From positions 55,738,001-55,802,000 of the forward strand of contig CM126206.1 of NCBI GenBank assembly GCA_052327205.1: DNA of 64,000 nt, given 5' to 3'. Under the pieces are notes generated by a model. The model ran no database searches and had not been told where the DNA came from. It saw only the letters and a program-made list of their open reading frames with translations. Below are positions 62,443 through 64,000 of this stretch, in pieces (the first letter of the stretch is position 1; every line of letters begins with the position of its first letter). Made by a program: the position numbers and the translations under genes. The DNA is from Somniosus microcephalus (lineage: Eukaryota).

Positions 62443-64000
62443 CTAATGTCCTATCGCTGCTGAATCCAGGTATTTTGCTGGCTTATCCAGACATTGCTCT
62501 TATTTATATGTACACTTTTGACGTTTTTTGTTATGACCCCTTTCTATTCTGTTTGTTCTTTGTCTCTTTGCTACATTCTCTTTCCTGTCTGTTTGGGACT
62601 CGTATATGATGGATTCATCTATTTTCTTTTAAGTGCGTGGAGGTGCAGAGGGTCCTTAATCTGGCTTTATCTACTTTCACAGAACTCTTCCTCACAGGAC
62701 AAGGTTAACTGGGGTTGCTGAATACTCTATCCTTATATATTCTTCCTCCAACTGAACCACAATTCCTAAACCCTTTCTTGTAACTAATGGTTTTGCCAAT
62801 TTCTGTTTCTCTGTCATGGTCTACTCTTTGTCTCACAATGTGCTACAATATCAAAAGTAAACCTCAACTACTTCCTAAAGATTGATAATGGATCTGTGAC
62901 ATTCCTTGGTAAAGCTCACGCAAGAAGAGGCGAGCAATATTATTTTGCCACTGTAATTTAAGATCAGTATAATCCCCTTACTTCAGAAATTCCTTATGTA
63001 AAACATAGGCAGTAACCATTGACTGGACTGCCAAGGAAATTGCCACAGAATTTGTTCCTCACTGTGAAATTCCTCCCCTGCGTAGAAACAGGAATAAGAA
63101 TGGCTGCAGATCATTACATTTTCAATTTGACACAAGAATCCAGAGGTTTCTTAGCTGATATGGAGGTCTTGAACTCTTGCTCCTACTTCTGTATTACCTA
63201 AGAGGCCGATTATACCAATACCACTGCCTCGTCTGCTCCCAAGTCTGACGACTATGCCCCTCCCTGTCAATTCTGCTGGCTCTCTCACTGTTGCTGCTTC
63301 TGTAACCCAGGGCACCTGAGCTACCGCCAAACCCCCCCTCCCACCCCAACATTCTGCTATGGACTGACTGACTAGCTGCTGATGGCTGACTCGCTCTTCC
63401 TGATCTCTCTCTTAAGTTCTGTCTGCAGCTGCTTCTGCTCCAGGCTCCTCTCAGCAGGTATTGCTGTAGTTTGTATCGCAACCCCCTTTCAACTTATGTT
63501 TTTTTTTCCCAATCTAAAAATAGCGGCTGCTAAACTATTACGGTAACAATGACTGTAGACAGTTCATTAATGTGCTACAAACCTGGATGGACCTGCCACA
63601 CAATTTATATTCTCTAGCCACTATTTCAAATTTAATTCGACTTGCTGCAGAAATTGCCCTCAAGTTCTCACAGAATTCTAAGGGCCTTGCCCATTCTGCA
63701 GACTATGTCTCCATACCTTCAACACTCTCAAAGCCATAGTACTTGTGGCTGACCCTTTGAATTGGAGCTTGCATTTTCCAGACTGACAATCATCCACGTT
63801 TTAAGCTGACAAGTCAGTGTTTCAAGCCTCAAATCAGCTTGTCTGTTACTCACATTGGAAATGCACAGAGCCATCAGTCTTGGTCACTTTAGCCACTGCT
63901 GCACCATGAGTGCCTCGTGCACATCTCTTGCATTTCCAGCAAGCAAAACTCAGTCAATTGAGTTTGTCTGCTGTCTTGATGGTGTCAAGGTTTCGGAAGC

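Overview
Vertebrate genomic DNA, most likely a cartilaginous fish (inferred from shark-type CR1 tails, Deu-type SINEs and Penelope pLTR repeats). The window lies inside the PARD3 (Par-3) gene on the + strand. Four coding exons splice in frame (5436-5584, a 48-nt exon at 8661-8708 absent from the ORF track, 18235-18468, 25230-25485); the next canonical exon (FGKHRK...) was not found, so the last intron probably exceeds 38 kb. The introns hold a full-length but decayed CsRn1-clade Ty3/Gypsy element (45534-50079, tRNA-Trp PBS, CHCC Gag knuckle, ATAT TSD), many CR1 and L2 fragments, SINEs, TIR-bearing MITEs, and Penelope-type repeats carrying minimal hammerhead-ribozyme motifs. Notable details include a telomere-repeat patch replacing part of a CR1 tail and a templated insertion in another CR1. 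Most short ORFs are repeat-derived or spurious. I cannot demonstrate a wholly new system; the best leads are the hammerhead-bearing repeats, the regulated short exon and the CsRn1-like element. All alignments were done by eye and repeat boundaries are approximate.
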